From NCBI GenBank assembly GCA_965213675.1, contig OZ243916.1:2336001-2400000 (forward strand): a DNA stretch of 64,000 nt. The letters are read 5' to 3'. A model generated the notes under the pieces. The model was not told the origin of the DNA, searched no databases, and saw only the letters and a program-made list of their open reading frames with translations. This DNA is from an uncultured Candidatus Binatia bacterium (lineage in GTDB: Bacteria > Desulfobacterota > Binatia > UBA9968 > JAJDTQ01). Position 1 is the stretch's first letter. Each line of letters starts with the position of its first letter. Below, piece by piece: positions 51,173-60,110 of this stretch. Made by a program: the position numbers and the translations under genes.

Positions 51173-52237
51173 TCAATTCCGGGTGACACCCAGGCCGGGG
51201 CCTTCCGGGGCAGAGAGCTTGCCGTCCACCACCTGGATGCCCGTGAACGGGTCGCCGGTAAGGGCCTCGCACTCGCCGATTTCGCAGAAATCGGACACGC
51301 CCGGCGAGCTGAGTGCCAGATGCAGCAGGGCGGCGTCGCCCACCATGCAGGCGGCGATGTTGCTGAGGCCGCACTGGGTTCCCGTGAGCGCGCACATCTC
51401 GGCGATCTGTCGCGCCTGCTGCACGCCGCCCGCCTTGAGAATGCCGGTGTTGATGGAATCGCAGGCGTCGTCCCGAATGAGCCGGAAGGCTTCGTACACC
51501 GAGCTTGCCGACTGGTCGGCTTCGATCTTGATACTTGACTGGGCCTTTACGGTGGCAAGCGCCACGTCATGATGCCGCGACAGCGGCTGCTCGAACACCG
51601 CCACCCCCAACTCCGCCATGCCCGCGGCCATGCGGATGGCGGACTTGGCGTCGAAGGCCTCGTTGGCGTCCACCTTGATGTAGATGTCCGGTCCCACCGC
51701 GTCGCGCACCGCGGTCACCCGCGCCAGGTCCAATCCCACTTCCCCCTTCACCTTGAGCTTGAGCGCGCGATAACCCTGCCCCACCAGGTCGCGGCACTCC
51801 CGGGCCATCTCCATCGGCTGTCCCACGCTCACCATCTTGATGACCGTGATTTCCTTGCGCACGAGCCCGCCCAGAAGCACGTAGAGCGGCGCCCCGTAGC
51901 ACTTGCCCAGCAAATCGTGCAGCGCCATGTCCAGGCCGCCCTTGGCGCGCCGGTTGTCCACCATCCGGTAGTTGATGAGCTGGTTCAGCCGGTTCAACTC
52001 CTCGATGGGCTGCCCCACCAGGATCGGCCGCATGATCTCCTCGAGGGCGTAGCGGACCGAAGCGGGGGTCTCGCCGGTCCGGGGAAACACGTCGATGTAG
52101 CCGTAGCCCACGTGCCCCGAATCCGACTCCACGCTCACCAGCAACCCGTTGGACGCGTAGAACTGGTTGGTGGCGGTAATGAGAGGCTTCTTGTAGGGCA
52201 ACTCCAACGCCTCGATCCGTACGTCCGTGATATTCAT
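51173..52237 (-). CDS. Enolase superfamily, mandelate racemase/muconate lactonizing enzyme family
   Basis: DMALHDL.GK, KLK, DANE, EQP, AD and K.GG motifs. Confidence 0.9.
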   Translation of the reverse strand: MNITDVRIEALELPYKKPLITATNQFYASNGLLVSVESDSGHVGYGYIDVFPRTGETPASVRYALEEIMRPILVGQPIEELNRLNQLINYRMVDNRRAKGGLDMALHDLLGKCYGAPLYVLLGGLVRKEITVIKMVSVGQPMEMARECRDLVGQGYRALKLKVKGEVGLDLARVTAVRDAVGPDIYIKVDANEAFDAKSAIRMAAGMAELGVAVFEQPLSRHHDVALATVKAQSSIKIEADQSASSVYEAFRLIRDDACDSINTGILKAGGVQQARQIAEMCALTGTQCGLSNIAACMVGDAALLHLALSSPGVSDFCEIGECEALTGDPFTGIQVVDGKLSAPEGPGLGVTRN

Positions 52238-52358
52238 GATGGGACTCCTTGAATGCGCGCGCAGATGCGGGTTTCATTCACCAGACTTGAGAGAAAGGTC
52301 GAGCAGCAACCTCATCCAGGGGCCTGCGCCGCAGGACTTCACGGCTGCAAATCCGCTC

Positions 52359-54695
52359 TCATCCGTCCTGCGCGCCGGCGCGCCGGATCAGCGTGTCCAC
52401 CGCCACCACTCCCTGTCCCTCGGGCAGGACCATGAGCGGGTTGCATTCGACTTCGTCCACTTCGTCGCGAAAGTCCAGCGCCAGCCGCGACAGGGCGACA
52501 ATGGCCTCGGCCAAGGCCGCGACATCGGCCTTGGGCCGGCCGCGCGCGCCGGCGAGCAAGGGATAGGTGCGGATTTCCCGGATCATGTCGTGGGCATCGG
52601 CCAGACCCAGCGGCGGCAGCCGGAAAGCCACATCCTTCAGCACCTCGGTGTAGATGCCCCCCAGGCCGAACACAACGCAGATGCCCAGGTCCGGCGTGCG
52701 CGAAGTGCCGATGATGACCTCGGCCACCCCTTCCACCATCTTCTGCACCAGCACGCCGTCGATGCGGGCCTCCGGCGCCTTCGTACCCACATCCTCCAGC
52801 AGCCGGTCGTACGCCTGTGCCACCTGTTCGGCACTCGCCAGGTTGAGCCGCACGCCACCGGCCTCGGTCTTGTGGGGCAGGTCTGCGGACTCGACCTTCA
52901 GGGCCACCGGGAAACCCAAGGTCCCGGCGGCTTCCACCGCCGCCTCCCGCGAACGCGCCAAGTGCTCGGGGGTCGCGGGAATGCCATAGGCCTGGAGCAG
53001 CCGTCGCACCGTGCCCTGGGAGCGGTCGCCCCCTGCCAGCAGCCGGCGCAGTGCCGTGAGTTCAGCCGGGGCCGCCGCTGAGACGCGGGACGCCGGGGTG
53101 TCCGTCGCGTTCGCAGCGGCCTCCGACGGGTCGCTGGAGGGCTGCGCCGCACCGCCGGCCGCGACGGACGCAACCGGCGCGCCGGTTGCCCCGGACTCCA
53201 CGGACGCACCGGATGCGGCGCTCGCGCGGCGCCGCGACAACGCCAGCACGTCGCGCACCGCGCGCAGCGATTTCTCGTATTCCAGCAGCAGCGGCACGCC
53301 CAGCTCCTTGAAAAACTCGCACCAGGAACCGTCCAGTTGCTCGCTCGCACGGGAGAGGAACAGAAACGGCTTGCCGCCGCGCCTCAGCGCGTCTGTCGAA
53401 TCCCGGTACAACTGCATCAGGCGGTCGCTGGGGCGTTTGGGCAGGTTCAGGCGGCAACAGATCACGGCGAAGTTGTCGTCGCCCATGAAGGTTTCCAGGC
53501 ACTCGAGATAGCCGGGGCGGTTCGCCCAGTGCAGTTCCTCGATATCGAGGGGGTTGCCGTTGAAACGTTCCTTGTCGAAGTAGCGGCGCAGCGCCTCGTA
53601 GGTGTCGCTGGACGGTTCGGGCAGATCGACGTGGTTGCGTTCGCAGATGTCGGCCAGAAAGCTGCAATCGCCGCCCGAGATGGTGACGATGCCGACGCCG
53701 GCGGCTGCGGAGGCCCGCCGCGTCAGGGCATCGGGCGCGGCGCCGGACTCCGGCGACACCGCCGAGCCGGCCATTTGGTACGGGTCGGGAATACCCACGG
53801 CCAAGGCGGTGACCTCCAACATCTGATCGAGGTTGTCCACGGGGATGACGCCCTTTTGCCGAAAGAGCCCGTCCCATACCGCGCCGGAGGTGGCCATGTT
53901 GCCCGAGTGCGAGGCGACCGCGCGGCCGCCCTTTTGGGAGCGTCCAAGCCGCAGCGCAACCACCACCTTTTCCCGTTCCCGCGCCAGGTCCAGCAGCCCG
54001 GCCATCTCCTCGGGACGGCTCATGGACTCGATGACGGCGACGATGACCCGGGTGCCGTGGTCATCCACCGCGGCGCGCAGGTAGTCGGTGAAGCCCGCGC
54101 CCACCTGGTTGCCCGGCGCGATGGCGTAGCGAAAGCCCAGGCAGCGGTCGGCGGCGGTGTTGAGGAAAAGGTTGAGCAGGCCGGCGCTGCTGAACACCGC
54201 GCTCACCGGTCCGGTGATGAGGCGTTCCGGAAGCGGCGACGACCACAGCGCGGCGCCGCACTCCAGAGCCAGATACCCCAGGGTGTTGGGACCGGCCAGG
54301 GCCATGCCGCTCTCGCGCACGATGCGCGCCAGTTCCGTTTGGTATCGCCGGCCGGTCCCGTCGAACTCGCCGAACCCCGTGGCCACGGTAAGCGCGGCGC
54401 GCACGCCCTTGGCGGCGCATTCCTCCATCACCTGCACGGTGCGGTCGCGCGGAATGGCGATGACCGCCAGATCCACCTCGCCCGGCACCGCGCCCACCGA
54501 CGGGTAGCACGGCAGATCGAAGAGCTGCGCGTAGCGCGGGTTGACGGGATAGATGTTCTCTTTCGGGAAACCGAAGCGAAACAGGTTGCGCATGAGCGCC
54601 GCCGCGTGAGGGGCGCGCTCGGAGGCGCCAATCAGCGCAATGGTGCGGGGGCGGAGCAACGCCTCCATGCAGCCTGGGGTGGGAGTGGCATTCAT
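52359..54695 (-). CDS. Acetate/acyl-CoA ligase (ADP-forming), fused alpha/beta, with low-complexity inserts
   Basis: IGAS, YPVNP, GPN, ASHSG phospho-His, NPLD, HKTEAGGV and ECNPL motifs. Confidence 0.9.
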   Translation of the reverse strand: MNATPTPGCMEALLRPRTIALIGASERAPHAAALMRNLFRFGFPKENIYPVNPRYAQLFDLPCYPSVGAVPGEVDLAVIAIPRDRTVQVMEECAAKGVRAALTVATGFGEFDGTGRRYQTELARIVRESGMALAGPNTLGYLALECGAALWSSPLPERLITGPVSAVFSSAGLLNLFLNTAADRCLGFRYAIAPGNQVGAGFTDYLRAAVDDHGTRVIVAVIESMSRPEEMAGLLDLAREREKVVVALRLGRSQKGGRAVASHSGNMATSGAVWDGLFRQKGVIPVDNLDQMLEVTALAVGIPDPYQMAGSAVSPESGAAPDALTRRASAAAGVGIVTISGGDCSFLADICERNHVDLPEPSSDTYEALRRYFDKERFNGNPLDIEELHWANRPGYLECLETFMGDDNFAVICCRLNLPKRPSDRLMQLYRDSTDALRRGGKPFLFLSRASEQLDGSWCEFFKELGVPLLLEYEKSLRAVRDVLALSRRRASAASGASVESGATGAPVASVAAGGAAQPSSDPSEAAANATDTPASRVSAAAPAELTALRRLLAGGDRSQGTVRRLLQAYGIPATPEHLARSREAAVEAAGTLGFPVALKVESADLPHKTEAGGVRLNLASAEQVAQAYDRLLEDVGTKAPEARIDGVLVQKMVEGVAEVIIGTSRTPDLGICVVFGLGGIYTEVLKDVAFRLPPLGLADAHDMIREIRTYPLLAGARGRPKADVAALAEAIVALSRLALDFRDEVDEVECNPLMVLPEGQGVVAVDTLIRRAGAQDG

Positions 54696-54700
54696 GATCG

Positions 54701-54883
54701 TCCTCGCGTGGTGAACGCCCCATGCAAGACGCCGTGTCCGTTACGTGGACAGACCGCCGGTTGTCCATGCAATGCGCGGCGATCATTACGTGGGCGGACT
54801 GCCGGCCGGCAAGTCATCGCGCCTTGCCGGCAACCAGAATCCCTGCGCGACTCGTCCCGGGAGTTCACGGGACACGACACCGG
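54701..54883. mobile_element. Degenerate right half of the 8086-8250 MITE with an internal 2 x 45-bp insertion
   Basis: TCCTCGCGTGGT and GTCATCGCGCCTTGCCG are shared exactly with the MITE interior; ends GACACGACACCGG versus GACACCACACTAG. Confidence 0.7.
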
Positions 54884-54885
54884 CC

Positions 54886-55359
54886 TCAACCCGCACTCAT
54901 GCGCACCGCCGCGGCACGCACGGCGCGCATGATGTGGGGATAGCCGCCGCAGCGGCACAGGTTGCCGGAGAGATGATCGCGGATCTGTTCGTCGGAGGGG
55001 TCGGCGTGCTCTTCGAGGAGCGCCTTGGTGGCCATGATGAAGCCCGGGGTGCAGTAGCCGCACTGGGCGGCGTCGTTCTCAAGGAACGCCTGCTGGATGG
55101 GGTGCAGGGCGTCGCCGCCGCCCAGCCCCTCGACGGTCTCCACCGAGCGGCCGTCCAGGCGCGCGGCCAGCAGAAAGCACGCGCTCACCGGCCTGCCGTC
55201 CAGCAGCACCGTGCAGCTCCCGCACGCGCCCACGCCGCAGGACTCCCGAACGCTCCAGAGCTTGAGCCCGTCGCGCAGGACCTCCAGCAAGGTGTCGGCG
55301 TCGTCGACCCCGATCTCGCGCTGTTGGCCGTTCACCGTCATGCTGATGTGACGTTGCAT
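54886..55359 (-). CDS. Molybdo-flavoenzyme [2Fe-2S] subunit (CoxS/XdhC-like)
   Basis: CGVGACGSC, QCGYCTPG and NLCRC motifs. Confidence 0.93.
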   Translation of the reverse strand: MQRHISMTVNGQQREIGVDDADTLLEVLRDGLKLWSVRESCGVGACGSCTVLLDGRPVSACFLLAARLDGRSVETVEGLGGGDALHPIQQAFLENDAAQCGYCTPGFIMATKALLEEHADPSDEQIRDHLSGNLCRCGGYPHIMRAVRAAAVRMSAG

Positions 55360-55446
55360 GAAACTCGCTCCACGACACCGAGCCCCATTTTCATGGACTC
55401 CAAATTCATAGACTCCAAAGAACACATCATTTCCGACTGCCCACCC

Positions 55447-57933
55447 TTACTCACGACTGCCCTCCGTCATTCCCCTGTTCACCTTCCCAGCCGCCTTGAG
55501 CGCCTGATGAATCCTCTCCGCGGTGAGCGGGATGTCGCGCACGCGCACACCCACCGCGTCTTCCAGCGCGTTGGCCACGGCGGCGGCCACGGTGAGGGCG
55601 CCGGTTTCGCCGATGCCCTTGGCGCCGAAGGGGCCGTCCTTGTGGGGCACCTGCACCACGATGGGGTGGCAGACAGCGGGCACGTCCTTGATGGAGGCGA
55701 TCTGGTAGTCCAGCAGGGAACCGTTGAGGAGCTGGCCGTCCTGGAACACCATTTGCTCGAACAGGGTCAGCCCGAGGTGCATGGTGGCCGCGCCCACGAG
55801 CTGCTGCTCGCAGTACTTGGGGTTGATGGCGGTGCCGGCGTCGCCGGCGACGTGGAACTGCAGCACCTCCAGTCGGCCGGTCTCCAGGTCCACCTCCACC
55901 TCCACCGCGCTGGCCGAGGCGAACCAGTACTCGGTGCACTTCTCCGACATGCCGGTCTCGGGATCCATGGGCGTCACCACCGGCTGGCACAGGCCTTCCC
56001 CGACGATCGTGGTGCCGAGGCTTCCGAACTTCGCCAGGAACGCCTCGGTGACGGTCATGCCGCGCTCCTCGGCGCCGCGCACGAACACCCGGCCGTCGCG
56101 CGCTTCGAGGTCGGCGGCGTCGATCTCCAGCTTGCCGGCCACGGCCTCGAACAGTTCCGCCTTGACGTTGGCGGCGGCGGTGCGCACGGCGTTGCCCATG
56201 TGATAGGTGGAACGGCTGCCGGCGCTGATGGTGTCGTAGGGCGTCACGTCGGTGTCGGGCTGCACCACGTGCACCTTGTCGAAGGAAATTCCCAATTCCT
56301 CGGCCGCGATCTGCGCCAAGAGGCTCTCGGAGCCCTGCCCCATCTCCACCGTGCTGCTGAGCACGTTGGCGCTGCCATCGGCGTTGAGGATGACGATGGC
56401 CCCGGAGATGGACGGCGTCAGCACCGCCTTGACGCCGCAGGCAATGCCCTTGCCCCGGCGCTTGTTGCCGGAAAGCATGTTGCCGGAAAGCTCTTGGCCC
56501 GAAGCCTTGTCGTCCGGACGGTTCCGCCGTGCCCCGCTCACCCGCGGGGCGATGCCAGACCGAGCCGCGTCAGTGTCCGCCGCGGTGGGCTTCACCGGCT
56601 CCCCGCCGGGAACCTCCTCCCGCTTCTCCCAACCCACCGCGTCCGCCGCCCGCCGCACCGCTTCCTTGAGACCGCAGGCGTGGACCGGCGTGCCGGTGAC
56701 GAAGAGGTCCCCCTCCTCCAGCGCGTGCTCCAGGCGAAACTCCACCGGGTCCGCCCCCAGCCCCCGGGCGACGATGTCCATCTGCGAGTCATAGGCCCAG
56801 ATCACCTGCGGCACGCCGAAGCCGCGGAACGGCCCGGCCGGCGGCTTGTTGGTGTAGATGCAGTAGGAGTCGATGGAGACGTTGGGAATCTTGTACGGCC
56901 CCGACGAAGTGTAGCCCGACTTGTGGACGATGCGCGGGCCGATCTCGGCGAAGGCGCCGGTGTCCCAATAGACCTCGCACTTGCGCGCGGTCATGGCCGA
57001 GCCCTTCACCGCGGTCTTGAGCTTCACCACCACGCCGTGCTTGGTGACGGTCTGAAACTCCTCCTCGCGGCTCAGGCTGTACTTCACCGGCCGGCCCGTC
57101 TTCAGGGCGAGGATCGCCACCAGCGGCTCCAGCTTGTTGTAGAGCTTGGCGCCGTAGCCGCCCCCCAGGTAGGGCACGCGCACGCGGATGCGGTTCATGG
57201 GCACGCCCAGCATGCGCGCCAGCTCTCCGCGGACGAAGGACGGTGACTGGCTGGCGGTATGGATGTGGATGCGCCCGCCCTCGTCCACGTAAGCCAGCGA
57301 GACGTGTGGCTCCATGGGCACGTGCTGGGCCGGCGGCGCCGTGAACACATCCTCGAAGATGCGGTCCGCCTCGTCGAACGCCATATCCACGTCGCCCTTG
57401 CGGAGCTTGTAGTGGTAGCAGATGTTGGAACGCTCGCCGGCCTTGACGTGGGCCAGGTCGGCGAACGCTCCCGAGGGGCGCAACTCTTCGTGGATGATGG
57501 GCGCGTCCGGCTTGATGGCGTCCAGCACATCCAGCACCACCGGCAGAGGCTCGTACTCCACCTCCACCTGCTCCAGCGCCTCCTCCGCCGCGCGCCGGCT
57601 CTCCGCCGCCACCGCCACCACCTGCTCGCCCTCATGGCGCACGCGGTCGATGGCCAGCACCGGCTGATCCGCGAACGCCGGCCCGTGGTAGGGCGTGATG
57701 CCAGGCATGGCGGCGATGTCCGCGCCGGTCAGCACCGCGGCCACGCCGGGGTGGACCTCGGCGCAAGACTTGTCGATGCGCACGATGCGCGCGTGCGGAT
57801 GCGGGCTTCTCAGCACCGCCACGTGCAGCAGCCCGGGCGGTTCCATGTTACCCACGTGCAGCGCCCGCCCCGTCACTTTCTGGACGGCGTCACGGCGGTC
57901 CACCGGCTTGCCGACAATGGAATAGTCCGCCAC
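55447..57933 (-). CDS. Xanthine dehydrogenase family molybdopterin-binding subunit
   Basis: LRSPHPHA, GGGYGAK, FRGFG, EMGQG and AKGIGE motifs; lacks the CODH AYxCSFR loop. Confidence 0.93.
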   Translation of the reverse strand: MADYSIVGKPVDRRDAVQKVTGRALHVGNMEPPGLLHVAVLRSPHPHARIVRIDKSCAEVHPGVAAVLTGADIAAMPGITPYHGPAFADQPVLAIDRVRHEGEQVVAVAAESRRAAEEALEQVEVEYEPLPVVLDVLDAIKPDAPIIHEELRPSGAFADLAHVKAGERSNICYHYKLRKGDVDMAFDEADRIFEDVFTAPPAQHVPMEPHVSLAYVDEGGRIHIHTASQSPSFVRGELARMLGVPMNRIRVRVPYLGGGYGAKLYNKLEPLVAILALKTGRPVKYSLSREEEFQTVTKHGVVVKLKTAVKGSAMTARKCEVYWDTGAFAEIGPRIVHKSGYTSSGPYKIPNVSIDSYCIYTNKPPAGPFRGFGVPQVIWAYDSQMDIVARGLGADPVEFRLEHALEEGDLFVTGTPVHACGLKEAVRRAADAVGWEKREEVPGGEPVKPTAADTDAARSGIAPRVSGARRNRPDDKASGQELSGNMLSGNKRRGKGIACGVKAVLTPSISGAIVILNADGSANVLSSTVEMGQGSESLLAQIAAEELGISFDKVHVVQPDTDVTPYDTISAGSRSTYHMGNAVRTAAANVKAELFEAVAGKLEIDAADLEARDGRVFVRGAEERGMTVTEAFLAKFGSLGTTIVGEGLCQPVVTPMDPETGMSEKCTEYWFASASAVEVEVDLETGRLEVLQFHVAGDAGTAINPKYCEQQLVGAATMHLGLTLFEQMVFQDGQLLNGSLLDYQIASIKDVPAVCHPIVVQVPHKDGPFGAKGIGETGALTVAAAVANALEDAVGVRVRDIPLTAERIHQALKAAGKVNRGMTEGSRE

Positions 57934-57942
57934 GCGATCACC

Positions 57943-58809
57943 TCACAAGGACGCAGGGGAAACCAGCCCCCGGAGCGTCCGCCTGACCCATACCCGGGTC
58001 ATCTCGCGCTTGTAGTCCGCGCTGCCGCGCAAGTCCGACACCGGAGAAATCTGCCCGTCGACGACGTCGCACACCGCGTCCCAAAGCTCTTCGGAACAGG
58101 CCCCCCCGTGGAACCGGTCCAGCCCGGCCGCCAGGAGCGGCGCTTCCGCCACCCCGCTGAGGCCGAGCCGAAGCTCGCCGACCTCGTCCCCGTCGAGCAA
58201 CAGGAACGCCGCCACCCCGATGCACGGCCAATCGTTGGCCGAAAGCGAACTGAACCGCGAGTAGAGCGTCCGCGCCCCTTCCGGCGCCCGCGGCACCCGC
58301 ACTTCGGTCAGAATCTCGCCCGGCTCCAGCACCGTCTCGTACATGCCGCGGTAGAAGTCCTTGAGCGGCACCCGCCGCGTATCCTCTCCCTTGGCCAAAA
58401 CGACCCCCGCGTCAAGGACCAGCAGCGCCGGCGGCGGATCCAGCCGGTAGTCGGCGTGCGCCAGATTCCCGCCCACCGACGCCGTCTCACGGATGCGCAC
58501 GTTGCCGACGTGACTGAACGCCTGCGCCAGCGCCGGCGCGCGCCGCTGCACCAGCGGCGAACGCTCCACCGACCGGTGCGTGGCCAGCGCCCCGATGCTC
58601 AGGCCATCATCGTTGTCGGTGATTCGTTCGAGCCCGGGAATCGACTGCAAGTCCACGAGGTGGGAGAAGCGCAACGCCCGCTGCTTCATGAGGATCACCA
58701 GCGTGGTGCCGCCGGCGATGGGCCGGGCCTCATCGCCGTGCTCGAGCAGCATCTCGCTGGCTTCAGCCACCGAGCCGGGCTTCAGCAGATCGAAAGCGGG
58801 AATGGTCAT
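57943..58809 (-). CDS. Molybdo-flavoenzyme FAD-binding subunit (CoxM/XdhB-like)
   Basis: IAGGT, IGAL, IR..ASVGGNL.HAD and DLRGSADYK motifs. Confidence 0.93.
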   Translation of the reverse strand: MTIPAFDLLKPGSVAEASEMLLEHGDEARPIAGGTTLVILMKQRALRFSHLVDLQSIPGLERITDNDDGLSIGALATHRSVERSPLVQRRAPALAQAFSHVGNVRIRETASVGGNLAHADYRLDPPPALLVLDAGVVLAKGEDTRRVPLKDFYRGMYETVLEPGEILTEVRVPRAPEGARTLYSRFSSLSANDWPCIGVAAFLLLDGDEVGELRLGLSGVAEAPLLAAGLDRFHGGACSEELWDAVCDVVDGQISPVSDLRGSADYKREMTRVWVRRTLRGLVSPASL

Positions 58810-58853
58810 GGCGGATCGGCTGCCCGTCCGAGCGGTCGGCAGGCAATCGCCCG

Positions 58854-58882
58854 GTTATAGCCCCTACGGTCGCCGTTGACAA
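58854..58882 (-). promoter_or_regulatory. Sigma-70 promoter of the molybdoenzyme operon
   Basis: TTGTCA-17-TATAAC on the minus strand. Confidence 0.55.
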
Positions 58883-58900
58883 TTGACACCAACTTGCAAG

Positions 58901-58980
58901 TGAACTGCCCGGGTTTATCTCGAAATCTTGACTCCTTGTGTCAGGATCGGATGAATCAAGGAGTTCCAGCCATGAGTCGC
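58901..58980 (+). mobile_element. Degenerate IS3-family left-end stub
   Basis: TGAACTGCCCGGGTTTATCTCGAAA...ACTCCTTG...AAGGAGTTCCAGCCATGAGTCG resembles an IS3 IRL-RBS-orfA start; no transposase follows. Confidence 0.45.
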
Positions 58981-59094
58981 GCCGCGGGCAATGGGGGCTG
59001 GACTGGGTGAGAGTGGCGGCGGAGGCGTACGCTTACCAGCTATTGGCAGCATGCGACGCCATTGCCGCGAAGGAGTAACCCTTCGAAAGCTGGC

Positions 59095-59123
59095 TTGAGT
59101 TCTTGCGTAGAGTGCATTACATT
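59095..59123 (+). promoter_or_regulatory. Putative promoter of dinJ-yafQ
   Basis: TTGAGT-17-TACATT, 27 nt upstream of ATG; AAGGAG RBS. Confidence 0.5.
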
Positions 59124-59150
59124 GTCATTCACGACAAAGGAGAACCGACT

Positions 59151-59414
59151 ATGGCTGCCAATCAAGTTGTCCAAGCGCGCATTGACGGAGCGGTGAAAGA
59201 AGAGGCGGCTGCGGTGCTGGCTGCGATGGGGCTTACCGTGTCGGACGCCGTGCGGCTTCTTCTGACCAGGGTTGCGCAGGAGAAGGCATTGCCGTTCGAG
59301 CCGCTGATTCCAAACCCCGTAACCATCGCGGCCATGAAGGAGGCGCGCAAGGGCGGCTTGCCCCGGTTCGACAGCGTCCAGGCCCTCATGGACGATCTGC
59401 ATGAGGACGATTGA
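59151..59414 (+). CDS. dinJ: RelB/DinJ antitoxin
   Basis: VQARID..VKEEA..VL..MGLTVSDAVR...LPFE..PN..T motif. Confidence 0.92.
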   Translation: MAANQVVQARIDGAVKEEAAAVLAAMGLTVSDAVRLLLTRVAQEKALPFEPLIPNPVTIAAMKEARKGGLPRFDSVQALMDDLHEDD

Positions 59415-59682
59415 ACGGACCGGCCAATTCAAGCGCGACTACAAACGTATGGCCAGGGGCCGGCACCGGGCGACCCTCGATGGTGATCTGGTGCCTGTCC
59501 TGGTCGCCCTCGCCAATAACCAACCGCTGGAAACTCGACACCGCGACCATGCGCTTACAGGCGACTGGAAACACTACCGCGATTGCCACGTAAAGCCTGA
59601 TCTGGTTCTGATCTACGAAAAACCTGATGCCGACACTCTGCGGCTCGTTCGCCTCGGCTCACATTCAGAACTCGGGCTATGA
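59401..59682 (+). CDS. yafQ: YafQ-family mRNA interferase toxin
   Basis: FKRDYK, RDHALTGDW..YRDCHVKPDLVLIY and RLGSHSEL motifs. Confidence 0.93.
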   Translation: MRTIERTGQFKRDYKRMARGRHRATLDGDLVPVLVALANNQPLETRHRDHALTGDWKHYRDCHVKPDLVLIYEKPDADTLRLVRLGSHSELGL

Positions 59683-59750
59683 CGCTTCTCCTCGGGTGTT
59701 CTCCTGTCGTTGTCCGCCCCAGCCTTCGGTAACTTGATGAAGGACGCGTC

Positions 59751-60110
59751 ATGGCCCTGAATCCCGTCGCCTACACCGAAAACGTCGTCCGCAGTTTTCT
59801 GCGCTATCAACTTTCCGCCTACCCCTTCGCCGACCCGCGTCTGTACGCGCAGATGCGCGACCTGCTTTCGCTGGATGAGACGCGTCACTCGCCTCTGCTG
59901 AAGGGACCTTACGTCAGTTTGTCGAGGCCGTTTCGGGAAGGTGCGGGCCTGGACGCACTGATCGCCGAAGGGCTGCTCCACCCGCACCTGCGGGAGCGCA
60001 TTCCCAAGGACATCACCCACCTGTACAGCCATCAGGAGCATGCGGTCCGGGCCATCACCGAGGGCCGCACGACACTGGTGTCGACCGGCACCGGCTCAGG
60101 CAAGACCGAG
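59751..60110 (+). pseudogene. N-terminal fragment of a large SF2 DEAD/DEAH helicase (DUF1998-associated type), truncated by an IS end
   Basis: KGPYV, LYSHQEHA (Q motif) and STGTGSGKTE (Walker A), immediately followed by IS sequence. Confidence 0.8.

Noticed and set aside
55447-57933. Aerobic CO dehydrogenase large subunit
   Set aside because: The active-site loop is PFRGFG rather than AYxCSFR, and there are no cox accessory genes
58810-58900. Moco riboswitch ahead of the molybdoenzyme operon
   Set aside because: The predicted leader is only about 40 nt and no recognisable motif is present; an Infernal/Rfam scan would be decisive
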